From: an uncultured Planctomycetaceae bacterium | Lineage (GTDB): Bacteria > Planctomycetota > Planctomycetia > Planctomycetales > Planctomycetaceae | Direction of reading: 5' to 3' | Length of the DNA: 64,000 bases | Assembly: GCA_963815195.1 (NCBI GenBank) | Contig: CAWFGE010000009.1 | Coordinates: 32,001-96,000 of the forward strand | Part shown: piece after piece, positions 44,101-57,761 of the stretch | Layout of the letters: each line of letters starts with the position of its first letter | Numbering within the stretch: position 1 is the first letter of the stretch | The notes under the pieces: generated by a model | Seen by the model: the letters and a program-made list of their open reading frames with translations, nothing else | Database searches by the model: none | What the model was told of the DNA's origin: nothing | Translations under genes and position numbers: made by a program

Positions 44101-47100
44101 GTTTCAGCTTCGTAGGCCGTTTCTACGTTTTGCCAGGCAGATTGTTCGGCGGTGGCTTGGCCGACTAGGAACGTTGTGTAGGGCAGGCTCGCAGTGTTGT
44201 TGAGGGTGGTCAGGCTCGTCAGGCGGGCATTATAGTCGCCGGTGAGGTAGGTTTCCTCGGCGGTGGCGCGGGTGGTGTTGAAGAGCGTGCGGGCTGTCGA
44301 GTCGGCGGTGATGCGGGTGGACTCGGCGGCGGCGATGCTGTTTTCGTAGGTGTTGTCGGTTGTGGTCTGGCTAGTGAGATAGGTGCGGTCGAGGCCGGCG
44401 ATGCCGACGTCGTAGGTGTCTTCGGCGGCGGCCCAGGCGTCGGTTTCGGTCTTGTCGGCCAGGGCCTCGGCGTCGGTCCAGGTGACGTCGGCATCGGCCA
44501 GGTCGATGGTATAGTTCATCTCCGCATCGGCAAGATCGGCGGTGTGGCCGTGCTCGGCGGTCTGGAGGGCGGCGGAGTTGTCGCTGCCGTCGAAGACTTG
44601 CGCCTGGGCCAACGCGATCTGATAGTCCCGCTCGGCCGTGGCCCGCGCGATGCGGCGGGCCTTCTGCGCCTCGGCCCGGTCGATGTTTAGTTCCTTATCC
44701 GCCGTCGCCACATCCACATCCCATTGTTCGTCGGCATGAGTCGTGGCGGTGTCATAGGCTTGACTCAGACCTAGTTCGCCGGTGCGGTAGATTTCCGCGT
44801 TGGTCTCCGAGCCGGTCAGATAGGTCACATCCGCATCGGCGATGCTGCGGCTTTCTTCCTCCTGGTCATCGGTCAGGGCATTGTCTAGGTTCGCTTCGGC
44901 CTGGGCCATATTGGTTTGAAAGGTGTCAAATACTGAAGCGAGGCCGCTCATCCAATCGGCAACAATGTCCGCCTGATAGAGGCCGTTCATAACCCCCTGA
45001 GAACTATCCGTACCGGCCAGGGTCTGATAGCGCGCTTGTTGGCCGCTACTCGTACCGGTAAGGTAGGTCGTCGCATCCGTAGCCAGCGCGGTGGATTCAT
45101 TCACGAGCGGCGAAACCATCGCCAGGCTGTAGGCTTCATCGGCGTCGGCGAGGGAATTGACGTAGCTGCGGTTGGCGTTTGCGATGTCGAGGTTATAGGC
45201 GTTCTCCGCGGCGGCTTCGCTGTTTTCGTAGGCGGTGCCGGCGGTGTTATAGCTCGTGTCGTAGGCGTCCTCGTCGGCGTTCGAGCTATTAATATAGACG
45301 ATGCGGGCGGTGCCCACGGCGGTGGCATAGGCAATTTCGGCGTCGCCGTAGGCGGTTTCGCGGGCGATCAAAGCGTTGCCGATACTGGTGACGCGGGTGA
45401 CGTTGGCGGTTTTGTCGGCGGCGTTTCGCTGATCCTCGGCAGCGGCGACGGCGGCGTCGTAAGCCGCCACGGATTCGGGGCTGTCCTGTTCGATGTACTT
45501 CTGAGCCACCGCGGGCATGACGGCGGCAACGTACTCCACGTTGGCTTGGGCGGCGGCGTTGTCGTAGACCCGGTGGGCATCCGCCAGGGCGACGGCATAG
45601 GTGCCGCGGGCATAGGCTTCGGACTCGGCCCGCGTCGCTGCGGCGGTCTCGGCGGCGATGTTGTAGACGCCGCGATCTGAGGTCAGGGCGATGCCATAGG
45701 TTTTGTTCGCGGCTTCCGTACTTGTGACAAACGCGATCTCGGCCGTGTTGTCACTTGTGACATAAGTGGTTTCGGCGGTGTCATCGGCCGCGGTCAAGGC
45801 GGCGTCGGCGGCGGAGAGGGCGGTCTGTTCGGCGGCGTCGGCGGTTTGCCAATCCGTCAGAAAATCCCGTTCGGCGGCGGCCGCGGCCGCCTGGTAACTC
45901 CTGAGAAGATTGGGCGGCAGGGCCCCGAGATCTGTGGCCTGGACGGTCCAGAGATCGACTTGAAACATATCGGCGGCATTCGTTCGCGACTTCGCGGTCG
46001 TCATCGTCCGCGGCGGTCGCTTGGGCGTCGTAAGCCGTGTCCGCGGCGGTGGACTCTGTACGGAACGTCGTCTCGGCGGACTCGGCGGCATTGTTATACG
46101 CCTCATCGGCCGTGGCGGCGGTCGTTTCCCAGGCGTTCTCGGCATCGGCGACTTCCTGGGCGAAGAGAATCCGCGCCCCCTTGACGGCGGTCGCCAGGGT
46201 ATTGGACGCCGTCGCCATGTCTTGGGCGTAGGTTACGTGATGGTTTCCCACGTTTTGGGTCCAGGTCAAGCGGCTTTGCGCGGCCGCGTTCGCCCGCGCG
46301 GTGTGGGCGGCGGCCTGGCTCACACGTTCCTGGTAATAGGCCGCATCGGATTCCGCCGCGTACTCCGTCGAATCGATGACATCCCATGCCAGATCATAAT
46401 CGGCATCCGCAATGGCGCGTTCGCGGGTCCACAGTGCGGCGTTGATGGCATTTTGGAGGGTCTGCCGCCCGGCGGCGAGGTCGTCCTGGTAGGTCTTGTT
46501 TTCCGCGACCACGGCCTTGGTGTGGGTTTTCTCGGCGAGAGCGGCGGCGGTGGCGTAATCGTACTGCCGATTGGCCAGTGTGGTGAGATACTCGGCCCGG
46601 TCGGCGGCGTCGGCGGTTTCTTCGGTGTAATCGGCCCCGGCCAAGGCCCCATCCAAAATGGTGCGGGCCGAGGTCAGCGATTGGATTTCGTTGATCTGGG
46701 CCTGACCGAAACTGGTCTCGAAGGTGCTGTCCGCCGTGGTTATGGCGGAGAGGTAGGCGGACTCGGCGCCGGCGAGATCGGACTGTAAGCCGCCCCAGGG
46801 CGTGGGGGTGCCGGTGTTGAAGGCGCTCACTCTCTGGGCGTAATCGCCGGCCACGCCGCTACGGAAGGTATTGCCGTCGGCGCTGGCATTTTGGTTGAGG
46901 GCGACTTCGTCCTCGGCGATGTGGTCCTCAGCGGTTTCGCGGGCCGGGTCCACGGTGTCCTCGAACGTCTTGATCGCCCCGGCGAAGGAGTCGTCTCGCT
47001 CCAAGGCGGCATTGATGGCGGTGATGGTGGCATCTCGCCGGGCCGCCGCGAACGCGACATCGCGAGTGTACTGGGCATCCGCCGTGCGGTTGCGTTCGGT

Positions 47101-50100
47101 TTGCTCGGAGGCGTGCAGGGCGACGGTGAAGTCGTAGTCCGCTTGCCCGCGGGCGGCGGCCAGTATCTCCCTCGCCGCGATGGCCCCGTAAGTGTAGGTC
47201 CTATTGACTCCCGCCATTTCCCGGTTGTAGTTTTCCACGTTCTCCGCCATTGCGGCGTCGTATGTGGCCGTACCACCACCCGCCTCTAAGACCAGTTCGT
47301 CCTCGGCATTGGCGATCGACCAATTGTTGACGGCCACGGTCGAATCCACCCACCGCGCGGCATCGATCACATGGATCGCGTCTTGATACGTTTCCACATC
47401 CTCGGCTTCCTGGTTACGGCGGTCCCGGCGGCTCGACGCATCTTGAAGTTCCCGATCCCGGCGGGCGGCATGGACCTCCAGATCGTAATCCCGGACGGCA
47501 TCGGCTTCCTGGACGGCGCGGGTCGTTGCCGCCGCGTTGTCCTCCTCGGCTTCGGTGTGGAGCGCGGATGCAATTTCCTCCTCTTCGGTGTGGGTGGCAT
47601 CGGCTTCCGTGTTGACCAGCGTTCCGGTTTCCGCGACGACGCCTTGGATGTAAGTCGTGCGATCGTGTGCCGAGTGCTGCTTGGTAGTCCGACCAGAAAT
47701 CCTGCTCAAAGCCGTCCCAGGCGACCAATGCCGATTCCTGATCCGAGACGATCCCGGTCGTCCGCGCCTCTTCGGCGGCCTCAAAAGCCAACGTCCGTGC
47801 CCGTTCGGCATCGGCATAGGCATCGTCTCGTACCTCGTCGGCCGCCGCGATGCGGTTGTCGCGGATTTCCGCGGCAATGGCCACGGCCACGGCATAACCG
47901 TGCTGCCGGAGCGCGCGTTGCTCGTTATCCCAGTATTCCACTTCCGCTTCGGCATTGTCCACGAGCCGCTGGGATTCCGAAATAGCCTGATCCCGCACCC
48001 GTGCGGCGTCGGACTCGGCGTCATCGAACACTTTCTGCGCCTGGGAATAATCTGTGGCATAGGTCAAGTCCGCGGCGGCAACAGCCGTTGACCTGATCCA
48101 TGTAGGCCTGATTATAGATACTTCGCCAAAGTGCTCCGGCATCAAGCGAAGCGGCATCGTAATCCGCATCCGCCTGCGCGGCGTAGGCGTCATAGCCGGC
48201 CTGGTCTTCGTTGGGGTCCGGGGCCCCTTCCATTGCGGCATCGTACGCATCCGAGGCCGCCTGCATCGCGGCACTGTAGGCCGCGTCCGCCGCTGCGACG
48301 CCCGCGATAAAGGCATCACTGGCGATGGTGATTTGATCGCCCCACGTGGCCGTGATGTCCAAATAGGCTTGATCGTAAATCGCCTGCGCCGCGGCCACCG
48401 TCGCGTCGTACTCTGCCTGGGCCGCCGCCGTTCTCTGCTCGTGGTTAATGGATTCCACGGCGAGATCGATCGTGGGATGCGGCGGCAGCGGGGCATCGCG
48501 GGCATCGCGGGCTGCTCTTTCAGCCTCCTGATATTCCTGATTCGCGGCCGCGATCTCTTGGGCGTGGACATCATCGGCGGTTTGGATGGCGTTCCGGTAT
48601 GCCGTCTCCGCGGCATTCACCGCCTGGTTGTAAGCGTTCTCCAGTGTGGCTAATTCATCCTGGTAGACGATGTCCTTGTCGAAGTCGTATTCCCGGCCGT
48701 CGTAGCGTGCCGGATCCACGTAAAACTCGTCCTGGCCCGTCCAGGGATCCGCCGCCAGGCTTGGCAAGTCCGGCCAGGCGAAGTCCGGCAATTCAAAGCT
48801 GGTGGGATCCCCGGAAAAATTCGCGAGATCGGCTTGATACTGGGATTCCGCGGCGGCGAGAGCGTTCAAATAATCGGTCTGCGCGGCGGCGAACTGCGTC
48901 TCCCACAACCGCTGCGCTCCGGAGAGCGTGTCGTTCAGTGTGTTCGTCGCTGTTTCCAGGACGGTCCGATAATTCGTTTCAGCCGTTTGCCAGGCCGTCT
49001 GAAAAACCTGGTCCGCCGTGTCAAGCGCCTGCTCATAAATGCTGCGGGCGTCCGCGGTTTGGTCCTCGTAGTCCGACAACTGGGTGCGATCCTGCTGCGC
49101 CGCGGTGCCGTCCGGGTCGGAACTGAAAACGAAGGCATATAAATACCACGGACTGACAATTGTTTGCCCATTCGCTTCCGTTGAGGTCCGGGCCCGCAGC
49201 GGAACGATCCCCGTTTTGGGCGAAGCCGGCGTATAGGAAAACTGTCCGCCGCCGGCCGTGGTGGCCGTGCCGTCCACCTTGCCGTCGCTGTCGTGGTCGA
49301 ACTCGATCGTGATCCCGTCTAACACGCCCTCGCCCGCGATTTGCCCGGTGACCTCGGGATCGGCGGTCACGCGGTCCGTGGCGGACAGGCCGGTGTCGTT
49401 GACGAGGTGCATCTCGCTGACGTGCAAATCCGTCCGCGGCAACTCTTCCAGCGTAAACGTGATCGAGACCCAACTGCCGTAAAGCGTCTGTTTTCCGTCG
49501 GTGATTTCCACGCGCGGGCGGCGACGGTGTGGCCTCCCGCCTCCAAGCCTTGCGGGGCGTAACTGAACGCACCCGTGTCACCCGTGACGGTGGTGCCTTC
49601 GTAGATGCCGTCCCCGTCGTGGTCGAACTGCACGATGATTCCGCCGACGTTCCCATCATTGGTGACCTGCCCGGTCAATGCCGCATTGGTGCTGATGTTG
49701 TCATCGGTCACATCGCCCGTGTCTTCCATCAAAGACAGTTGCGAAACTTCCGCTGGGGCATTGCCGGGCTTTTCATATGTGAAGCTGAATGCGGTCCAGT
49801 CTCCGGTGTTGACGGCCCCTGTGACAGGATCAGTTTCCCGCGTTCGCACCTGGTACGTCACCGCGCCCTCGGGCAGTTCGGCGGGCCGCATTTGAAACTC
49901 CCCGCCGGCGTCGGTTTGCGTGACTAGGTCGGCCGTGCCGTCGTTGTCGGTGTCCACCTCGATCGTCACCCCGCCCAGCGAGCCTTCATTGACGATGCGG
50001 CCCTTGATCGAAGGATCGCTGGTGATCCCGTCGTCGGTCACATCGCCGGTGTCCTCCGCCAGAGTCAGCGCGGCATAGGTCGGAGCCAGATCGGGCTCGT

Positions 50101-53100
50101 CTTCCAACGTAAACGTGATCGATTGCCAACTTCCGGCGAGTTCGGTGTGTGTGCGGGGATCCCATTCCACCGCCCGCGCAGAGATTGTATGCGCACCGAG
50201 CGAGAGGGCGTCCGGCGAAAACAGGAACTCGCCCGCAGCGTCGGGAAAGGCCCATTCGTCGGCCGCCTGGTCGCCGTCCAGATCGACTTCGACCGTGGTC
50301 CAGGCGAAATCGGTGTCGTTGGTCACGCGGCCGAACAGCGTCGGGTTGGCGGTGATCCCGTCCGCGGGATCGCTGCCGGTGTCGGCCCGCAGTTCCAGCG
50401 TATCAATTTCGGGGGGCTGATTGGTCACCGCTTCCAGGGTAAAGCTGAAAGGCGTCCACGTGCCGTAGGAAATCGTGCGGGTGGCCAGATCGTATTCGCG
50501 GGTGCGGGCGGAGATCGTCACCGATCCCAGCGCCAGTCCCGCGGCATAATACACGAAACCGCCCGCGGCGTCGCTGTGGACATCGTCATCGGCCACGCCG
50601 TCACCATCGAGGTCGAGCTCAACAATGATGTAGTCGCTGGTCCCCTCACCGGAGAGCGTGCCGGTGATCCGCCGGTCCGAGGTAACGAGATCGGTGTCGG
50701 ACGTGCCGGTGTCGTTTACCAGGGCGAGATCCACTACGTCCAAGTTGTCGTGGAGCGGGGCTTCCTTGGTGAAGCTGAAACTCGTCCAATCGCCGGCCAC
50801 CTGCGTGCCCTGCTGGACATCGTCAACCACGGCCCGGGCCTGAATGGTCACCGCGCCCGGCGATAGCGCGGGGACGTAATATATGAAACTCCCGTCGTAG
50901 GCGGTTTGGGTTTGGCCGTCTGCCACGCCGTCCCCGTCGCGGTCGAACTGCACGGTCACATAGGCGATAGTCTCCCCTTCAAGCTGGCCCGTGAGCGTGG
51001 GATCGGTCGTGATGCCGTCGTCGGTGATGTCTCCCGTATCATTCAAGAGGCCGAGGGAGGAAACCGTGGGGGCCGACACGCCCTCATACGTGAACGCGAT
51101 ACTGAACCAGTCGCCGAGAATGTCTGCGCCCAGTTCGGCATCGTAGCGGGCCGCCCGCGCCTGGACCGTCACATTGCCGGACGCCAGACCTTGGAGGCGA
51201 TATTGGAAACTCCCGTCGCCGGCCGTCCAGGTTGTGCCGTCCACGGCGCCATCCCCATTTTGGTCAAAGTCGATGCGGATCGGCGTTCCCGGCAATGCGT
51301 CCGTCTGCCCGACCAATGTCGTCATCCGTCGTAATCCCGTCGCTGTCCGAATCGCCGGTGTCGGTTTCCAATCCCAATGCAGTCACCTGCGTCGCCGGAT
51401 TGGGCACCAGTTCAAACGTGAACGATTCCCAAGGCCCTCTCAGGTAAGCCTGGTAGGACGTGCTCCATTCCAAAGCCCGCACATAAATGTTCTGGCTGCC
51501 GTAGGCCAAGCCGTGTGGCGTCGCGGTGAAGACGTTTTCGGCGGAATCGAGGGCCGTCCTGGTTCGGGCCGTGAGATCGACGGTGCCGTCGCCGTCCAGG
51601 TCCAATTCCACGGGGCGGTAGGCTTGGCTCGCTGTGCCTTGGACCTGTCCAGTCAGCGTCGGATCCCAGGTGACCTGTCCGCCTTGCGTATCGTTGACCA
51701 GGGCCAGACTGACGATCGTGTCGGTCGAGGGCGGCAGTGCGACGACCGTCAAGTCATACGCCACCCACGGTCCGGTGTCCGTCACCGCCCCGTCCCCATC
51801 CAAGCGGACCAGGCGATAATTCAGCACCAAGTCTCCCAGATAATCCGCCAGTGCGGGATCGCTGTCCCGCGGATCATATTGAAAACTTTCTCCCCCGGCA
51901 GTCGCGATGTCGACTTGGCCGTCCTCGACGCCGTCCCCGTTATGATCGAACTCCACCCGGCCGCTGCCGGTGGCCGTCGTGCCGTTCACGGTGCCCACCA
52001 CGGTGGGATGCACGCTGTCGCGGTCGTAGTCCGAATCGCCCGTATCCAGCCATAACCCGAAATCATCCACCGTCAGCCCATCCACGGCGGGGGGCGATTC
52101 CAAGGTATAGTCAAAGTCTTGCCAGCCGCCCGTCGATTGGATATTTCCCGCAGCGTCGCGTTTTACCAGCCGATATTGAAGCGACAGGCTGCCCGTGAAG
52201 CCGTTCAACGCGGGATCGAAGCGCAGGGGGTTATACACGAACGATTGTCCGCTCGCGCCAAAGGACAACACGCCTTCCGCCGTCCCGTCCCCATCGTGAT
52301 CCCATTCGAGATTGACGGTGCCGACCCCGAAACCGCCATCCACCGTGCCGGTGATCCGCGGATCCCAGGTCACCAGATCGCTTGAGGAATTGCCGGTGTC
52401 TTGGACCAATTGCAAATTATCGACGGAAAGCGGGGGAAGGCCGATTTCCAGCGTCACCGTAGCCACGTCGCTCATCGCTATGCCGTCATCAGCCCGGTAG
52501 GTAAAGGAGTCCACGCCCGTGTAACCCGATTCGGGATCGAACGTGAAAGAGCCGTCGCTGAGCAAGACCAACGTGCCGTGACTCGGCCCCTGGGCGACGG
52601 CGGCGGTCAGGGTATCGTTGTCGGCATCCGTATCATTCGCCAATAATCCCGTGGCTGTCGGCACGACCAACTGGGTGTCTAAACCGACCACGTAAAGATC
52701 GTCGTTCGCCACCGGCGCCGCATTCGAGGCCGTGATGGTCAATGTGACGGTGGCCGTGTTGCTCGTGTTTTGGCCATCATACGCCCTGTAGGTAAAGCTG
52801 TCCTGGCCCGTATAGCCGCTGTTTGGGGTATACACGAAAGAGCCGTCGTCCGAGAGGTTCAGTATTCCATACTGCGGCCCATTCTCGACCGTGGCGGTCA
52901 GCGGATCGTTTTCGGGATCGGTATCGTTGACCAACAGACCTTGGGCGGCATTGATCGTCAGTTGGGCGTTTTCCGCGACCTCGTAAGAATCGTCAACCGC
53001 CGTGGGGGCGCCGCTACTGCCGGCGGACGTCACGCTGATCGTGACCGTCGCCGTGCCGACCAACGCGCCGGGATCCACGGCCTCGACCGTCAGCGTGTAT

Positions 53101-54362
53101 TCCGATTGGGTGGCTGCATCGAGCGTGCCGTCCACCGTGATGTCCCCGGTGCTGCTGTCGATTGCAAAGGGCGCACTGCTAGAGGCGGCCTCGAATTGAT
53201 AGGTAATGGAATCGCCGTCCGCATCGCTGGCCCACACGCCCAATACCAAGGTGCCGACCGATGCATCGTCCTGAATCGACCCCGAATAGTTGGAGGAATC
53301 GAACGCCGGTGCAACGTTCCCGGTCCCTGTCACGTCGATCGTCACCGTGGCGCTGTTCCCATCGTCGAGTCCATCGTTGAGATGATAGGAAAACGAGTCA
53401 GATCCCACATATCCTGCGTCTGGCTGATAGACGAAAGAGCCGTCTTGCTGAAGGACGACGTGACCGTTTTGTCCGTCCGCATCCAGATGGGCCGTCAACG
53501 CGTCCCCCTCTGCATCGTAATCATTGGCCAGCACGCCCTCAATAACATTCACGGTCAACGACTGGTCCTGACTGATTGTGTAGTTGTCGTCGTAGGCTTC
53601 CGGCGGCGTATTCGTGCTCGTTTCCAGGACTTCAATCTCGACGTAGGCGATATCGCTGTTCTGAGTCCCGTCAGAGACATAGTAATAGAATCCATCATAT
53701 CCGCTGTAGTTTGGATCGGGCGTGTAGGAAAACGACCCGTCTCCCAGCAGATCCAGAAAGCCGTATGTCGCGTCCGTATCGAGGTGCACCGTGAGCGGAT
53801 CACCGTCTGGGTCGCTGTCGTTCGCCAAAACGCCGTTGCCGGTGCTCACAGTCAGTACGTCGTTTTCGTCCACGCTATAACTATCATCGGTGACTTGAGG
53901 AGGATCATTGACCGCCGTCACGCTGATGGTCACGGTGGTCGAGCCAACCAACTCGCCGGGATCCACGGCTTGGGCCGTGAGGGTGTATTCCGATTGGGTG
54001 GCGGCATCGAGTGGACCGTTGACGGTGATGTCCCCACTGCTGCTGTCGATCGCAAAGGGCGCGGTGCTGGAAGCGGTGTCGAATTGAAAGGTCACCATAT
54101 CGCCGTCACCGTCATTAGCCCACACGTTGAGAACCCAAGTGTCCTGCGCGGCATTCTCCAGAACCGTTGCGGCATAGCTGGATTGCTCGAAGACGGGAGC
54201 GACGGTCAACAGCACACGCTCCTCTAACCGCTCCACGTCCGCCAACCGGCGGGCACCTTCAGAAATTCGATTCCGGCGCACGGACCGGCAATGCGCCCGC
54301 CGAGAAAACGACCGCACGGACAACTGAAAAAACAAGCCACTCAGCCAATGGGTCAATTTCAC
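41169..54362 (-). CDS. Giant polymorphic toxin 2 (about 4,400 aa, several indels): planctomycete export motif, cadherin/Big_9/Ig repeats, Ala-rich helical stalk, Hint, AHH nuclease
   Basis: VERLEERVLLT; cadherin-like APVFEQSSY and FAIDSSSG; DTG..D..T.DP repeats; CFVAGT at 42140; VWVHN at 41732; AHHIVP...IDIN.AENG...H.G..H. Confidence 0.87.
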
Positions 54363-55564
54363 AGGTAGGCACTCCGTAGACGTGGCATTCAAGGGGGACT
54401 TGCACATCGCAGCATCCACCCGCACAGAAATCCGTTACCAAAGCGTTAGCGGATTAAAAAAACCTGACGAAACCGAGACTGATCGCGGTCGTGTAGCAGC
54501 CGAGAACAAATTGTGAATTGTATTGTAAGGCGGTCCCGAACGCCTCGGCAGCGGGAGACTCGCGAGAGTGCCTCCTTTCTAAAGGCAGGTTGATTAGACT
54601 GCGCTCACACAGGATGACGAGAAGCAACATCTAACACGAACGCGATCGTCAGAGCTACTAAAAAAGCCATCGCTGAAATATTTTTTCAAAAGTTTTTTGC
54701 CGGAATTGGTGGAAACACGTGAGCGATGTGGTAGTCATACCTATGACAATCGAATGGGAAAGATTTGTCGCACGCGAAACTGGAATGTTTGGGATGTTTG
54801 CCGGTTGCATGTGAGACCGTGAGGCGAGGTAGCTCAGTTCGACGACGGCCCGCTGTTTCGGAGGGTACCTTTGCGGTACAGAGCGTGCGGCCTTATAATA
54901 GGTGTGTCATATAATGTCACACTTTCGTCGAAAATCTCCGTTTGAACTTCCGAGCGTTGACCAACACTCTCCATTTCCTCCCGACAAAATTCGTCAGGCG
55001 GAGGTGCTTTGGGACCCTCCCCGTGGAGATCCAGAGTGGGGTCGACGCCCTCGCGAACGGACGGCCCGGTGGCCCAAATCCCACTTGGTCCGATCCCGGG
55101 ACAGCGGAGGGAAAACCGGGCGATCCGTCGAGAATCGCGGCAAGGGCTGACCACCGGCGTCCGCGTGCGGGAGACCAACGACCACGTGGAGATGGTAGTT
55201 TCGATTGGCGTCAATGGAATCTTCCGCCCTCGCTGTGGAAGGTAAATCCGATCCTCCTACAAACGCCGGCCGTGGTCGAGACGGTGGAGGATTGCCGGCC
55301 GCACGACCGAGGGCAAAACCGTCGAGAGCGCATCGCCCCCGCAGCGAAAACACGGGCCTCGAAGAGACGACAATCAGCCAGCTTCAATACCCGCTCACCG
55401 ACCGCAAGGACCTCTACCCGGTGCGGCCGGCGGTTTGTTTTCCACGGCCGTCGATCTGCTCGGCTTTTTCAGATGCTGGCGAACGGCGGCGAGTTTGATA
55501 GGCATCCTTTTCTCTCAGAAGGTGCCTTCAAGACGCTGGCCAGCAAGCAAACCCCGGACTCAAG

Positions 55565-55725
55565 CACGAGCTCGCCGAGATGCTGCCGCACGATGACGAT
55601 GCCAGCCGCCTAGCCAAGAACTGCTATCACTGGCCCGAATTCTTCCAGAAGCACGGGGTCGAGCTTTCCAAGTTGGATGCCAAAGCCACGGTCTGGGGCC
55701 ATTGCCATCACAAGGCGACGGGCGG
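55565..55725 (+). pseudogene. Internal fragment of an FAD/(Fe-S) oxidoreductase (CCG-domain region)
   Basis: ELAEMLPHDDDASRLAKNCYHWPEFF...ATVWGHCHHKATGG. Confidence 0.55.
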
Positions 55726-55748
55726 ATCCGGATACACCACCTGCCCGT

Positions 55749-55870
55749 TGACGCTGGGCCACGCCGCGGGCACGATTGCCCACAAGCATTACAGCCAAGC
55801 TCCTCAAAAGCTCCTGGATGACGCCATTGAGTGGCTGGGATATGAGTTGGGAATCACGACGGGGCTGTAG
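55749..55870 (+). pseudogene. C-terminal fragment of a tyrosine recombinase
   Basis: LGHAAGTIAHKHY (box II H...Y) then LDDAIEWL; strong hairpin at 55864-55919 at its 3' end. Confidence 0.6.
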
Positions 55871-56036
55871 CGGGCCGCTACTCGCGAAACCAGTCTAACG
55901 AGTAGCGGAGGGCTACAGCATCGCGGGCCGCAGCGGGGAGTTTCCATTGACGCCAATAGAAACAAGGGAAGCCCGGCCGAGTGTGTGGCGACCGGGCTTC
56001 CGGGGGCGGCCTGCCGAGTCCAGGCCCCGATAAGCT

Positions 56037-56442
56037 CTATTCTCCCTCTTCGAGTCGCAAGGGTGTCAACCAGCCAATCTCATCAAAAAACTGGATGGCC
56101 GATCGCATGCCGTCTCCGTGCTGAAAGGACTGGACACCCCCCGTTTCTTCCCAAAACTCAGCCGCCTGTAGCAGCTCTCGCCGGCTGCTCCCAGCGTATT
56201 CGTGGTCATATACCGATGGCTTGCCCAGCGAATTGAGAACGTCGGCCGGGACCAAAAACTCCCGCTCGCCCACTTCGTGTTCGTCGAAAGCGTCGTCGGG
56301 AACATCGAGACACAAAATCACGTTGCCCAGAACCCCGTCACTGGCGTCTAGCGGCTTATCAGCGGCCCAGACCGGGCCGCGAAACCCTTCTTTAAAAATT
56401 CGCCGGGTTTCGTCAACCGTCGTTGTTACGAAAACTCGCCAT
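56037..56442 (-). CDS. Hypothetical protein, possibly ADP-ribosyltransferase-like fold (1-nt indel near start)
   Basis: Reconstructed MRVFVTTT...IFKEGF..PVWAADKPLD...E...REFLVPA.VLN. Confidence 0.5.
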
Positions 56443-56622
56443 CACTGGCTCCGCTTTTCGGGGATGTAGGTTCCCGCCGGGACTGTCTTGGTTTCGACTT
56501 CGATTTCGTGCTCGGCTGCATGACGACTCAACCGTCTTGGTTTCGACGACGATTTCCCCGCCGCCGACGGTGCGGGGGTTTCCTTCGCGGATCGTGACTT
56601 CCTGGTGATCTTTTTCGTTCAT
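56413..56622 (-). CDS. Small hypothetical protein
   Basis: GGAGG RBS before MNEKDHQ; overlaps the next gene start. Confidence 0.35.
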   Translation of the reverse strand: MNEKDHQEVTIREGNPRTVGGGEIVVETKTVESSCSRARNRSRNQDSPGGNLHPRKAEPVMASFRNNDG

Positions 56623-56661
56623 CGCGATGACCTCCAAAAAAGTATTGACGCCAATAGAAAC

Positions 56662-56850
56662 TTACGTGAGCGGATCGTCAAAGCTGTTCACGCCGATCTC
56701 AACGAGAACCGACCGCAGGATGCGTTTCTTGGTTTCTGCCGATGTGGTGGAGTGGCTCCAGAGTTTCGTCAAGTCCGAACCCAATTCCAGCAATTGTTGC
56801 CGATTCTGATCGCTGAGAAAGATGATCTGGGACTCCGACTTGGCCATCTC
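56662..56850 (-). pseudogene. Internal fragment of a large serine recombinase
   Basis: LSDQNRQQLLELGSDLTKLW...TSAETKKRILRSVLVEI, recalled as the post-coiled-coil segment of this family. Confidence 0.6.
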
Positions 56851-56857
56851 GTCCCAG

Positions 56858-56914
56858 GTCTCAGAAAATAAGCCACTGGGCAGGCATTTCGAAAAACAAA
56901 AGTGTAACGAAATG
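56858..56914 (+). repeat. GCCACTGGGCAGGC element-end motif, solo copy
   Basis: gtctcagaaaataagccactgggcaggcatt..aaaacaaaagtgtaacgaa. Confidence 0.8.
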
Positions 56915-57421
56915 CTCCCACGATTGATACACTTGTCGGTTCGGTGAGATTGGCGGGTTCGGCACCCTTCGGTCGACCGACGGCCGAAGAATTCGAAACC
57001 GCCAAAACCAAACCAGAGAATCCCCCACATCCCGCCGAGTCCGCTGATTAGGCCGCTTCGGTGTCTCCAGGTTCATTGGCATCCCGCCCCGCTTCTATCC
57101 GCGCGTTCGCCGATTCTCTCTGCCAAAGAGTAAGAAGAAGAACCCCCGCAAAAATCCGATTCATCGGCGAAAACCCAGCGATTGGATACCCGCGCGGCGG
57201 GGGCGGGGTCTGAGAAGGACCCGCGCTTGCTTCCGCTTCCACTGAGATGGGAAAAGAGGCTCTTGCCGAAGCAGCTTTCCGAAACCCAGCCATTTGGAAG
57301 GGTAACTGCGGCAATTTTTTGTTACCCGCCCCTGTTTTGCACGAAATTGACAAGGAGGCCTTGACTCATTTCGGGCTTTTCGACTGTTATTGTCTAAGGC
57401 TTGTTTTCAAGGATTTTCGCC

Positions 57422-57761
57422 ATGACAGAGAACGCATTTGGAAGGGAATTGAGGACGAGCGGCCGATGTGACTCAGGCGGAGTTGGATGAACAACTGAAG
57501 CGAGGCTCCGGCTTCACCAGCAGCGTGGAGAATGCCCGCTACAACGCCAAGTCAAATGGATGGCTCCGAGAGGCCCTGAAAATGCTCGACGGCGAACGGG
57601 AACTGTCTGGAATGCTGGCTCTGTCGGCAGAAGATCAGCAGCGAATCGTAGGTAGATCGGATGAGCGAAGTCGTTCTCTCACTTCAGTGCCAGTTTGCAA
57701 CAGGAATCGACCGAAAGCGATTGAGGAAATCGCACAAGCGGTTGGGAAAGGAACGGTATGA
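57422..57761 (+). CDS. XRE-family HTH regulator (indel near 5' end)
   Basis: MTENAFGRELR + TQAELDEQLKRGSGFTSSVENARY. Confidence 0.55.
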
